Source: Bifidobacteriaceae bacterium (GTDB taxonomy: Bacteria; Actinomycetota; Actinomycetes; Actinomycetales; WQXJ01). Taken from it: 64,000 bases of DNA. The notes under the pieces were generated by a model. That model saw only the letters and a list, made by a program, of their open reading frames with translations. It was not told the origin of the DNA and searched no databases. The DNA is taken from contig JAIRYJ010000007.1 in assembly GCA_031267825.1 (NCBI GenBank), positions 1 to 64,000 on the forward strand, written 5' to 3'. Numbering within the stretch: position 1 is the first letter of the stretch; each line of letters opens with the position of its first letter. Position numbers and translations under genes: made by a program. Below, piece by piece: positions 1 through 7,949 of this stretch.

Positions 1-669
1 GGTGCCGGGCGCGTGGTGGCCGGTGTCCAAGACCACTTTGGCGGCCGGACCTAAGGCCAGGACATGGCTTAGAGCTGTGCCCCAGTCCGGGATGTCGGTG
101 GCGTAGAAGGCGGGCTCGAAGAACTTGTATTCCAAGAGGATCGACTGGTCAGGGTCTAGCGCCTGGTAGATCTGTTGGAGTCCATCTGACAGGCGTTGTT
201 GGCGGTCTAGCAGGTCATCTTGGCCGGGATAGTTCAATCCGTCCGCCAGCCAGATTTTGAGCGCTTTCGATCCGGTGGCACGGCAGACATCAAGGCAGTC
301 CAGGTGGTGGCGGACGGCTTTGGCACGGATCGCCGGGTCAGGGTTGGTCAGCGAGCCGAGCCGGTAATCGTCATCTTGGAAAACATTGGAGTTGATGACA
401 CCAATCGAAACGCCTTGTCTGGCGGCGTGGGCCGCCAGCGCCGTGAAATCGTCAGTCATGTCCCACGGGATGTGGAGTGAGACCCTGGGTGCGGCCCCGG
501 TCAGACGGTGGACCTGGGCGGCGTCACTGATCTTTTCGAACGGGTCGCGTGGCGTGCCTGGCGTGGTGAAGACTTTGAACCGGGTGCCAGAGTTACCGAA
601 CGCCCAAGAGGGCAGTTCAATGGTCTGCTGGGCAAGGGCTTTCTTGACCGCTCGCGGAATGGTGGCCAT
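1..669 (-). CDS. rhaI: L-rhamnose isomerase, N-terminal part (gene continues beyond window start)
   Basis: Minus-strand translation from ATG at 669 reads MATIPRAVKKALAQQTIELPSWAFGNSGTRFKVF...VSLHIPWD...YRLGSL...KALKIWLADGLNYPGQ...EYKFFEPAFYATDIPDWGT...LDTGHHAPGT. The motifs (LPSW, GTRF, HIPWD, EPAFY, DWGT, GHHAP) match those I recall for the Pseudomonas stutzeri/Streptomyces-type L-rhamnose isomerase (recognised from memory, not searched). RBS GGAGGAA upstream. Not in the ORF track because it is truncated at the window edge. Confidence 0.7.
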   Translation of the reverse strand, partial: MATIPRAVKKALAQQTIELPSWAFGNSGTRFKVFTTPGTPRDPFEKISDAAQVHRLTGAAPRVSLHIPWDMTDDFTALAAHAARQGVSIGVINSNVFQDDDYRLGSLTNPDPAIRAKAVRHHLDCLDVCRATGSKALKIWLADGLNYPGQDDLLDRQQRLSDGLQQIYQALDPDQSILLEYKFFEPAFYATDIPDWGTALSHVLALGPAAKVVLDTGHHAPGT

Positions 670-686
670 AGTTCCTCCGTTGTGTC

Positions 687-727
687 TCATGGGTTGGTGA
701 GCCGCCAACCCATGGTGAAACGTTTCA
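687..727. promoter_or_regulatory. Two adjacent palindromes in the rhaI/LacI divergent intergenic region: CATGGGTTGG-N7-CCAACCCATG (687-714) and TGAAACGTTTCA (716-727), putative LacI-family operator(s)
   Basis: Perfect inverted repeats read directly from the sequence. TGAAACGTTTCA resembles LacI/CcpA-type operators (TGWAANCGNTNWCA-like). Located between the divergently transcribed rhaI and LacI regulator genes. Confidence 0.45.
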
Positions 728-870
728 ATTTCTTGACTTTGCCAGGCTACCACCGTCGGAACCGGCCGGGCCCGTCCTGCGGCGATGGATTTGATGGCCA
801 TTCTGTGGCGGGCGGTGGCGGCCGGTTGAGCCGGTAATATGGGCCGAATCGATTCAATGGAGGGGGACGC

Positions 871-1902
871 TTGGCTCGCGACAGACCCGCCCGCCCGTCA
901 ATAGCCGATGTCGCCGCCGCGGCCCAGGTCTCGGTCGGGACAGTTTCGAACGCCTTGAACCGCCCGGAGAAAGTCCGCCCAGCCACACGCCAACGGATTG
1001 AAGCCGCCATCGCTGAACTTGGGTTCGCCCCTAATGGGTCGGCCCGGCGGCTGCGAACGGGGTCTTTGACCGCGGTTGGCGTGGTGGTACTTGACGTCCG
1101 CAACCCTTTCTTCACTGAGATGGCCCGGGGGATTGAGGACCAGGTTGAGGACCGTGGCTGGACGCTTATGCTGGCCAGTTCCGACCAACGGGTCGAACGT
1201 GAGCAACGGGCCCTGGACTTATTCACCGAACATGGTGTGGCCGGAGTGATCGCCGTGCCAGCTTCAGAGGACCTAACCGCGTTGGAACGGCTGGAATCAC
1301 GCGGCACGCCAGTGGTATTGCTGGACCACCCGTCACCCAGCGCCCAGTTGCCCTCCGTCGCGGTCGACAACGTTAGCGGCGGCCGTCTGGCGGCCGCTCA
1401 CCTGTTCGGCCAGGGACACCGCCAGCTAGTGATGTTCAACGGGCCACACTCAGTCCGCCAATGCCGGGACCGTTGGGAAGGCGCCCTGGCGGCCGCGGTC
1501 GGCGCCGGGCTGGACCCGGCGGAGTCGGTCAGCCAGGTGCTGTTGGACTCGATGGACATTGAGGGCGGGGCAGAGGCTGGACGTCAGTGGTTGGCGGCCC
1601 ACGGCGGCCGCCAACCGGAAGCCGTCTTCTGTGTCAATGACCTGGTAGGCATTGGTCTGCAACGGGCTTTACGCGAGGCTGGGTTCGACCCGGCCAGGAG
1701 CGCCATTGTTGGCTATGACGACACCGACCTGGCCCGCGAGATCGCTTTGCCTTTGACCTCGGTGGTCCAGCCAACCTATGAGATGGGTCGGCGTGCGGCT
1801 GGCCTGCTGTTACAGGTGCGGGCCCAGGGGGTGGTGGAACACGTCGTGTTTCAACCCGAACTGGTGATCCGGGCTTCTAGCTCCCCGCCTGGCCAGTCCT
1901 GA
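871..1902 (+). CDS. LacI-family transcriptional regulator (probable rhamnose-locus repressor)
   Basis: TTG start with GGAGGGGGA RBS 6 nt upstream. N-terminal HTH (PSIADVAAAAQVSVGTVSNALN) followed by a periplasmic-binding-fold domain. Divergent from rhaI. Confidence 0.8.
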   Translation: MARDRPARPSIADVAAAAQVSVGTVSNALNRPEKVRPATRQRIEAAIAELGFAPNGSARRLRTGSLTAVGVVVLDVRNPFFTEMARGIEDQVEDRGWTLMLASSDQRVEREQRALDLFTEHGVAGVIAVPASEDLTALERLESRGTPVVLLDHPSPSAQLPSVAVDNVSGGRLAAAHLFGQGHRQLVMFNGPHSVRQCRDRWEGALAAAVGAGLDPAESVSQVLLDSMDIEGGAEAGRQWLAAHGGRQPEAVFCVNDLVGIGLQRALREAGFDPARSAIVGYDDTDLAREIALPLTSVVQPTYEMGRRAAGLLLQVRAQGVVEHVVFQPELVIRASSSPPGQS

Positions 1903-1980
1903 TAACCCAAGCCAGGCCGCCGGGTGAGCATTTCCAGCCCGTCGGTCAGGGTTTTCCACCAGGTGGGATCGCGGGCGGGC

Positions 1981-2397
1981 TCATTTGCTTGCCTTCGGTT
2001 TGCCCGATGCCGCCGGTTCGCCTGGTTCTCCCGGTTCGGTTTGAGCCGCCGGTTCAGTTGGCAGACCGAGCGCCGCGAGTTGACTTTCGAGATGGAAGAT
2101 CTCATCCAACAATGTCATGCCCTCATCTGGGGCACCGTTGGTCGCGAACAATTGGGACATGGCGGCCTGCCAGCGGGCGTTGACCTCGGTGGCCGCCATA
2201 CGGGCCTGGGCAGCGCTGTATCCATCGGCCAACTCAACAAACCCGATCAGCAGGCCGTCTGGCCGCAAGTACAGGTGGTAGTCACCCCAGCCGCAATCAC
2301 GCAGGGCCTCGAGCATCTCTGGCCAGACGGCGCTGTGGGCTTCCCGGTAGGCGTCCAAATGCTCAGGTGAAACCTGGGATGTGAAACAAACACGCAC
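1981..2397 (-). CDS. rhaM: L-rhamnose mutarotase (RhaM-like) with Pro/Glu-rich C-terminal tail
   Basis: From GTG at 2397 (RBS GGAGG): VRVCFTSQVSPEHLDAYREAHSAVWPEMLEALRDCGWGDYHLYLRPDGLLIGFVE, which matches the RhaM pattern (IRKAFVMQVNP..Y...H...WPE....L...G..NY.I). The ORF-track start at 2451 is probably over-extended. Confidence 0.65.
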   Translation of the reverse strand: MRVCFTSQVSPEHLDAYREAHSAVWPEMLEALRDCGWGDYHLYLRPDGLLIGFVELADGYSAAQARMAATEVNARWQAAMSQLFATNGAPDEGMTLLDEIFHLESQLAALGLPTEPAAQTEPGEPGEPAASGKPKASK

Positions 2398-2462
2398 AAT
2401 GGCCTCCTCACCACAGTCAATAATGAAACGATTCAACTGCGAGTTTAGCACCGCCTCGGTAT

Positions 2463-2523
2463 CTTGACGTCAAGACAACTAATTCCCCGGAGGAATTAGT
2501 TGCTCGATAGTTTGACGTCAAGG
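2463..2523. promoter_or_regulatory. Highly structured element: CTTGACGTCAAG (2463-2474), 27-bp palindrome CAACTAATTCC-CCGGA-GGAATTAGTTG (2477-2503), TTTGACGTCAAGG (2511-2523)
   Basis: Read directly from the sequence. Two copies of a CRE-like TGACGTCA palindromic 12-mer flank a near-perfect 27-bp palindrome. Sits upstream of rhaM (minus strand) and next to the IS30 remnant. Confidence 0.35.
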
Positions 2524-2646
2524 TTCTCCGGGGAGGTGTTGTTGGGTGTGCCGCTGGCGGGGTCGGCGACCGCGGTGCTAGCACAATGCGATTCCTGATC
2601 CATTTTCCGAGCCAACCCATCCGGTTCTGACTGGTTTGGTCTGGCT

Positions 2647-2892
2647 TTACTGCGGAAACAGCCCAGGCCGGGTCTGGGATGTTGACTGGGACCGCGGGCG
2701 CGGGTCCCAGTACGGCTTGTACGCGGTCCCGACGGCGGCCGCGGAGAACAGGCCCCGGCGGACCTCCCGGCTGATCGTCGACGGCGAGCGTCCCAGGTGG
2801 CGGGCTATCGCCCGGACCGGCTTCCCCTCAGAGCTGAGCTTCTCAATGACCAGCCGTTCGTCGGCCGACAAATGCGGGTAGCTGTGACCCAC
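2647..2892 (-). pseudogene. IS30-family transposase N-terminal HTH fragment (truncated remnant, 81 aa)
   Basis: LSADERLVIEKLSSEGKPVRAIARHLGRSPSTISREVRRG matches the IS30 transposase N-terminal HTH (ERxxI..L...G.S.R.IAR.LGR..STISRE.RRN). No DDE catalytic domain follows. Confidence 0.5.
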
Positions 2893-2999
2893 AGCAGCAC
2901 CCTTCCTTGTAGATAACCCTTGACAGTCCTCATCCTAGGAAGGGTGTGATCGGAAGACGGGTTGGCAGGTAGACCTGGTCTTGACGTCGTAGGCTTATC

Positions 3000-3083
3000 T
3001 TGGCGGAAAGGCGGCGTCAGGTGGCACCGTACCCCGACTCTTGGTTATCCGGAAATCTGCTATTGGCATGTCTAGCGAGGTGG
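3000..3083. repeat. Direct repeat copy A (about 82 bp, roughly 88 percent identical to copy B at 4683-4767)
   Basis: Aligned by eye: ttggcggaaaggcggcgtcaggtggcaccgtaccccgactcttggttatccggaaatctgctattggcatgtctagcgagg versus ttggcgaaaaagcggcgtccggtgacgccgtaccccgattcttggttatcccggaatctgttattggcatgtctatcgagg. Confidence 0.75.
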
Positions 3084-3120
3084 GAGAGAGAAAACGGGCA
3101 GACACAGGTTCATCGTAGTT

Positions 3121-3447
3121 ATGGCTTCGACCGTAAGCTTGGTTGTCGCGTTGGGAGCGGCCCTTCCAGCCGGGAGTGCTATGTCTCCAGAATCGCGGGG
3201 TGGCTATACGAAAACCGAGTCCGCGATCACGACTGTCGAGGAAGTAGTGCCGAGGGCTCCGGATAGTTTCGATGCTGACGGGTACGAAGACCAGGAGAAA
3301 GCACTTCAAGAGTTGTATGACGCTGGCTTAGCGTCGACTTGGGAAGAGCAAGAGGTAACAGCTTGTTTGGACTGGGTTGGTTTGTCCGGGTACTCCAATG
3401 GATTTGACGGCAGGAAGGGCAATTCGCCGACGTGTGGGGTGGAATGA
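3121..3447 (+). CDS. Small secreted acidic protein (Sec-type signal peptide), hypothetical
   Basis: MASTVSLVVALGAALPAGSA followed by an acidic mature region. Local GC is lower than the flanks (about 1.2 kb from roughly 3100 to 4270). Stop overlaps the next ORF start as ATGA. Confidence 0.4.
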   Translation: MASTVSLVVALGAALPAGSAMSPESRGGYTKTESAITTVEEVVPRAPDSFDADGYEDQEKALQELYDAGLASTWEEQEVTACLDWVGLSGYSNGFDGRKGNSPTCGVE

Positions 3448-3857
3448 TTATTGAACACGACAAAGGCCAAGTGATCGTCCAGTACAACGTCAAGGCCGAT
3501 CCGTATAGAGTCGCGGAGTTCAAAGACAAGCTTGCCGTTTGCGAGGACGGCTCAGCGGAGTTACGGGTGGTCGGTCGGCCCGTCGAATATAGTGAAGCCG
3601 AACTGCGCAAGCTAGCCGGGGAGCTAGTCGAAGGACGGGACAAATGGGCTCCTCAGTTGGGAATCACGGATATCCTGTCAGCCGAGGTAGATCTCCGTAC
3701 CGGCGCGGTTCTCGTGGAAACCAGCCAGACCGAGGAGCCTGTGATCGACGACAGGTTTGGTGTACTGATTCGCATCAGGGGCGGGGGGTCCCGTTCAAGG
3801 CATAGCTATCACGGTGGTCCGACTCGAAGCCGATTTCCGGTGATGCGGGGATCATGA
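3444..3857 (+). CDS. Hypothetical protein translationally coupled to 3121-3447 (ATGA overlap); possible frameshift at G6 run 3784-3789
   Basis: ATG at 3444 overlaps the upstream TGA. The C-terminal reading changes from RGGGSRSRHSYHGG... to the more protein-like GGPVQGIAITVVRLEADFR if one G is removed from the homopolymer. Confidence 0.35.
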   Translation: MIIEHDKGQVIVQYNVKADPYRVAEFKDKLAVCEDGSAELRVVGRPVEYSEAELRKLAGELVEGRDKWAPQLGITDILSAEVDLRTGAVLVETSQTEEPVIDDRFGVLIRIRGGGSRSRHSYHGGPTRSRFPVMRGS

Positions 3858-3889
3858 ACAGCTGATCAGGTGCCACCCCCAATTGCACG

Positions 3890-4267
3890 TTGGGTTTTGT
3901 GTGGCAACGCATTTCCACCGGAGAGCGTATGGGCGGGACCGCCTACCATTGCGGAACCTCCTCTTCTTGGTACAGCACCGGTACATCTGTGGGAAACATG
4001 TGGTCTTATCACGCGGCAACTGATTCCACGATGCTGAGGAGCAGCCCCACAGGTGGATTCAACCCGAACATTTGGATCGGGCCAGCTAACTCGACCCTGG
4101 CACGGCTTTGGGTCAAAGGGACCTACGTGTCTGCCGTCAATGGAGCTGTTGCGCTCAGTGCGGCCCACAGCGGCCAGCACGCGGGTCTGTATTCAGGCAC
4201 CTACTGCGCCTACGTTCCAGTCGGGGCGATCGGAACAGCTCACGGTTTCGCTATCGCTACTGGCTGA
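3890..4267 (+). CDS. Small Gly/Ser/Thr- and Trp/Tyr-rich hypothetical protein
   Basis: ORF with a GxxxG-rich hydrophobic C-terminus (AVNGAVALSAAHSGQHAGLYSGTYCAYVPVGAIGTAHGFAIATG). Alternative start at ATG 3929. Lies in the lower-GC islet. Confidence 0.3.
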   Translation: MGFVWQRISTGERMGGTAYHCGTSSSWYSTGTSVGNMWSYHAATDSTMLRSSPTGGFNPNIWIGPANSTLARLWVKGTYVSAVNGAVALSAAHSGQHAGLYSGTYCAYVPVGAIGTAHGFAIATG

Positions 4268-4682
4268 AGTGGTCGGCCCAGCACCCAGAGAACGCGGTCG
4301 GCGCGCATGAGCCGCAAGCACATCTGGCCCTCTGCGGTCGGCCGGTGCGTGATGTCGTTTAGCCATGCTGGGTCTTTCGTGCCAATGTCGAACCCGTGCG
4401 CCAGCGGGTTCGGGTCCGGGCCGCGAACGTGGTTGGCGGATAGAACACATGCGGGGAGGCGCTCTTCATCTCGGCTAGGCGCATCGCCTTAGGGCCTATC
4501 GCGTGGTTGCTGGTGGCGGCCCTGGCGGCCCTGGGTTTAGAGCCGCCTTGTGTGTCGCCATTTGATCGCAGGGCACCGCAAGTCTCTGACTGACCCCCAA
4601 CAACACTCGCCAGGAAACACGGCAAGGTACAGAAACGACATGGATGCCCTTTACCCAGACCTGGTCTTGATGTGGCAGGCTA

Positions 4683-4767
4683 GTGTTGGCGAAAAAGCGG
4701 CGTCCGGTGACGCCGTACCCCGATTCTTGGTTATCCCGGAATCTGTTATTGGCATGTCTATCGAGGA
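4683..4767. repeat. Direct repeat copy B (leader region immediately upstream of ribokinase start)
   Basis: See copy A. Contains hairpin CGGCGTC-cggt-GACGCCG. The ribokinase ATG at 4776 follows an RBS (GAGGAG). Confidence 0.75.
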
Positions 4768-4775
4768 GACGCAGG

Positions 4776-5735
4776 ATGGCTCAAGCCGCCCCCAAGGAGG
4801 GCTTCAAAGTAGTGGTTGTCGGATCGGCCAATGTTGACCTAGAGGTGCAAGTGCCACGCTGGCCCGACCCAGGTGAATCCGTTGTCGCTACCGCTTCCGC
4901 ACGCTTTCCTGGTGGTAAAGGTGCTAATCAGGCGGTTGCCGCAGCCAAAGCTGGTGGCGCCTCAACCGCGTTGATCGGCGCCTGGGGACCAGACGCGGAC
5001 GCGACTCTGGTCAAGGAACTGCTAGAAGACGCCGGTGTTGACACGGCCTCGGTTCGCACAGTTGATTGCCCCACAGGCATGGCGATCGTGATGGTTGATC
5101 CGGCTGGAGCCAATGTGGTCACAGTGGTGACAGGCGCCAACTCGCGCCTTGAGTTGACTGAGGCCGATCTAGAACGGATCGCCAACAGCCGGGTGGTGCT
5201 GGCTCAGCTTGAAATTCCCTTGCCGGTGGTGGCTCAGGCGGCCGCCGCGGCCCAGGCAGCGGACGCCATCTTTGTGCTGAACGCCGCCCCTGCGGGTGAG
5301 TCTTTGCCGACCGAGCTGCTGAAAAACGTTGATGTCTTGGTGCTGAGCCAGCGTCTGGCGCGGAATTTGGCTAAACAACACTTCGGAATGTACCCGTCAG
5401 ATGACGCGTCACTCTTGCGGGTCCTGCAGAACTTGGTTCCTTCGGTGGTGATGACCAAAGGCTGGAAAGGCTCGGTTGTAGCCCAGGCTGGACAGGACGC
5501 TGAGGTGGTCCACGCCTTGCCAGTTGAACCGGTTGACCACACTGGCGCCGGTGACACCTTCAACGGTGTTCTGGCCGCTCGCCTGGCCGATGGCGCCGCC
5601 CTGGGTGAAGCCACCCGGGCAGCCACCGCCGCGGCTTCGATCTCCCTGGGCCGGCCTGGGGCCGGCCCGTCCATCCCGACCGCCCGCGAGGTCGCCGTGG
5701 CGCTCGCTACTGGCCAGGTTCCGCCGGCCGCCTGA
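4776..5735 (+). CDS. rbsK: Ribokinase / PfkB-family carbohydrate kinase
   Basis: N-terminal FKVVVVGSANVDL and C-terminal TGAGDTFNGVLAARLADG (ribokinase anion-hole/catalytic Asp motif). The ORF-track start at 4683 is over-extended through the repeat. Confidence 0.8.
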   Translation: MAQAAPKEGFKVVVVGSANVDLEVQVPRWPDPGESVVATASARFPGGKGANQAVAAAKAGGASTALIGAWGPDADATLVKELLEDAGVDTASVRTVDCPTGMAIVMVDPAGANVVTVVTGANSRLELTEADLERIANSRVVLAQLEIPLPVVAQAAAAAQAADAIFVLNAAPAGESLPTELLKNVDVLVLSQRLARNLAKQHFGMYPSDDASLLRVLQNLVPSVVMTKGWKGSVVAQAGQDAEVVHALPVEPVDHTGAGDTFNGVLAARLADGAALGEATRAATAAASISLGRPGAGPSIPTAREVAVALATGQVPPAA

Positions 5736-5927
5736 AGGCGGCCAACCTAATCTCAGGCCGGATCTGGGTGTGCCTGCGGAGTGGCCAACAATGGCGTTAC
5801 GTAGGAACCTGTCGGATAGGGGACTTCTAGGTCCGTAATCGGCGCCTGATTTCCGCGTCTCCGCTGGTCAACGCGTTGGGTTGGCCAGCGTCAACTTGGG
5901 CCGCGAACGGTGTTGTGCGGCAGCTTC

Positions 5928-7949
5928 CTAGCGCCGGATGAGGTAGCGGGCAATCGCCCAAATAGCTACTAGCAGGCCGATCGTGGGCAGAGCGAATATG
6001 GCAGCGGCGGTCCAAGCGTCAGGATCAGACGGCGGGCCGACGGCCTGCTGGATGGTGAACACTTCAATCATGATGCAGGCCGCCGCCAGTGTCAGGCAGG
6101 CCACCAGGCCAATCACCGCAGCGACGCGTTTGCCCTTTGATGGGCGGCGAACACCGGGCGACAAGATTAACGGTGCTGGTGGATAGCCGGTTGGCCCGGC
6201 TGGTATCGGTCCCGGCGGATAGGGAGACTGAGGCGGGGTGGTTGGTGGGGGTGCTGGCGGATAACCGCCTGGTGTCGGTCCCGCCGGATAGGGAGACTGG
6301 GGCGGGCCGACTGGTGACGGTGCTGGTGGATAACCGGTTGGCCCGGCTGGCATCGGTCCCGGCGGATAGGGAGACTGAGGCGGGCCGGTTGGCGGCGTTT
6401 GCCACGGCGGTGCGGCTATCAACCCGGGACCGCTGAGCCCAGCGGGGCTACTGCCTGACTTTACGTTCGCACCTGGACTGACCGCGTCCTGAGCTATCAC
6501 AGAAGGCGGGATCTCATCCGGTGAGCGGGGCGGCATTTGTATGATGATGCCTTCGTCAACTGAGGAGTCGATCTGATGAATGGTGGCTTTGTCGAAGCCC
6601 CAGAAGGACGGCTCAATGCTGACAGTTCCGCCTTGGCGTAAAACCAGTAAGCGTGCCCCGTCGGGATAGGCTCCTAGCGCGATGCAGTCGCGGTAGTAAT
6701 AGGTCTGGGGGCCGTCTGGTTCGACCAGCGAAATACCTTCGGTGCCCAATATCAGTGCGTAGTCAGTGTTCCCGCGATATGGATACCGTTTACCATCCAC
6801 AACCGGTCCGCTGAAGGGTGACAGAGGCTTGAAACCAGCCCATTCTCCGGATACCCCGTCAGGCTTTACCAGTAGCGCGGAGGCGGCTACTTCCTCCGCC
6901 ACAGCACGCACGCTGTCTGGTGTTACGGCGCGCAGGTCGCGGACCAAATCTTGGGCGGTATACAGCGGTTCGTTTGTCAGGTAGTTGTCAGCCAGAAGGG
7001 GTAAACAGCCAGCTTCGAAATATGGGTCTGAGAGCATCGCCTGTGATTCGGCGACTACCGCCTCGATCTGCTCTTGGTCCAGTCTGCCCCAGCGTAAGGC
7101 GGCCAAAGTATCCACCAGTATCCCCAACGCGAGGTCTGCCCGGCCGGAAGGAATATCAGCCACAACGGCCAAATGGTCCGAGATGACCGCCTCGACAGAC
7201 ACGTGGTAGGACGTGGCGGCTTCATGGCGAAGAGCCTTGAACAGGGCGCGCCGGAGTAGTTGTTGGTAGACCGTTTTGGCGGCGGAGCGCCTGGCTTGGG
7301 CTAACAGCCCAATCATTTCCGGCGGACCGTCAGCTTCGGCTGGAAAGTTGGTTGGGATTGGGCTGACGGTTGGCACCGGACGCCGGGTGCCGGCCGGTAG
7401 GGGCAGGTCCAAACCAGGTGGTGGCTCTTGCGTATCGAACCAAACAATTGCGTTGTCCCTGGTGAAGAAACGGCTGGTCCAGGTTTTCAGGTCTTCTGGT
7501 GTCAAGCCTGGGAGCCCTAGTGGCGCCAAGTCCGCTAAGCCGTCGCCCTGATAGCCGTAGTAGGTTGACGCCATCAGGCCTTGGAACGATCTCCGGCCTA
7601 AGGATCCCTCCTGGCGCAGAATGTCTTTTTCTTGGGCAAGCCGTTCAAAGGGCAGGTCAACTAGGTTGCGGGCAACACCGTTGAGGTAGGAGACAACTTC
7701 CTCAACTGTGCCAACAGCGTAAAAGGAGGTTAAACGGGCTTCCGTTTCGCCGTTGTGGGGATGGTCAACCAGACCAAGCCGGTACAGGGCAAGGTGTTCA
7801 ACCAGGTGTGTGATGCCACGCCAGACCGGTGGCTCATCACCGTGGCCCACCCGGAAAGTGATACCGCCATAGCAGTGGCCGAATCTGGAGGCTTGCCCAG
7901 GGGCGGAAGTGGTTAGTAGAGGTATGCCGTCAAGGCTGGTTAGCTTCAC
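5928..7949 (-). CDS. Membrane-anchored M16-family (insulinase-like) zinc peptidase domain protein with Pro-rich tandem repeats and C-terminal TM helices
   Basis: HLVEH (HxxEH inverted zinc motif) followed by NGETEARLTSFY...PFERLAQEKDILRQE (M16 N-domain pattern). Three repeats of PPQSPYPPGP[MI]PAGPTGYPPAP. C-terminal hydrophobic segments (VAAVIGLVACLTLAAACIMI, AAAIFALPTIGLLVAIWAI). Confidence 0.6.
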   Translation of the reverse strand: MKLTSLDGIPLLTTSAPGQASRFGHCYGGITFRVGHGDEPPVWRGITHLVEHLALYRLGLVDHPHNGETEARLTSFYAVGTVEEVVSYLNGVARNLVDLPFERLAQEKDILRQEGSLGRRSFQGLMASTYYGYQGDGLADLAPLGLPGLTPEDLKTWTSRFFTRDNAIVWFDTQEPPPGLDLPLPAGTRRPVPTVSPIPTNFPAEADGPPEMIGLLAQARRSAAKTVYQQLLRRALFKALRHEAATSYHVSVEAVISDHLAVVADIPSGRADLALGILVDTLAALRWGRLDQEQIEAVVAESQAMLSDPYFEAGCLPLLADNYLTNEPLYTAQDLVRDLRAVTPDSVRAVAEEVAASALLVKPDGVSGEWAGFKPLSPFSGPVVDGKRYPYRGNTDYALILGTEGISLVEPDGPQTYYYRDCIALGAYPDGARLLVLRQGGTVSIEPSFWGFDKATIHQIDSSVDEGIIIQMPPRSPDEIPPSVIAQDAVSPGANVKSGSSPAGLSGPGLIAAPPWQTPPTGPPQSPYPPGPMPAGPTGYPPAPSPVGPPQSPYPAGPTPGGYPPAPPPTTPPQSPYPPGPIPAGPTGYPPAPLILSPGVRRPSKGKRVAAVIGLVACLTLAAACIMIEVFTIQQAVGPPSDPDAWTAAAIFALPTIGLLVAIWAIARYLIRR
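6180..6420. repeat. About 63-bp in-frame tandem repeat, roughly 3.5 copies, within the M16-like gene (encodes Pro-rich repeats)
   Basis: Repeating unit ggataaccg(g/c)(t/c)tgg(c/t)(c/g)cgg...tcggtcccg(g/c)cggatagggagactg(a/g)ggcggg seen directly. Confidence 0.7.

Noticed and set aside
747-1370. 207-aa minus-strand ORF overlapping the LacI regulator and the promoter region
   Set aside because: It is antisense to a well-supported LacI gene, has an Arg/Ser-rich composition typical of high-GC antisense frames, and has no motifs.
3000-3266. 88-aa + ORF beginning inside repeat copy A (MAERRRQVAPYPDSWLS...)
   Set aside because: It arises because the duplicated leader happens to be open in this frame and reads across into the cargo ORF in another frame. 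No RBS or start context.
6180-6420. Possible CRISPR-like regular repeats
   Set aside because: The repeats are contiguous with no spacers, in frame within a coding sequence, and encode Pro-rich peptide repeats. No CRISPR array or cas genes occur anywhere in the window.
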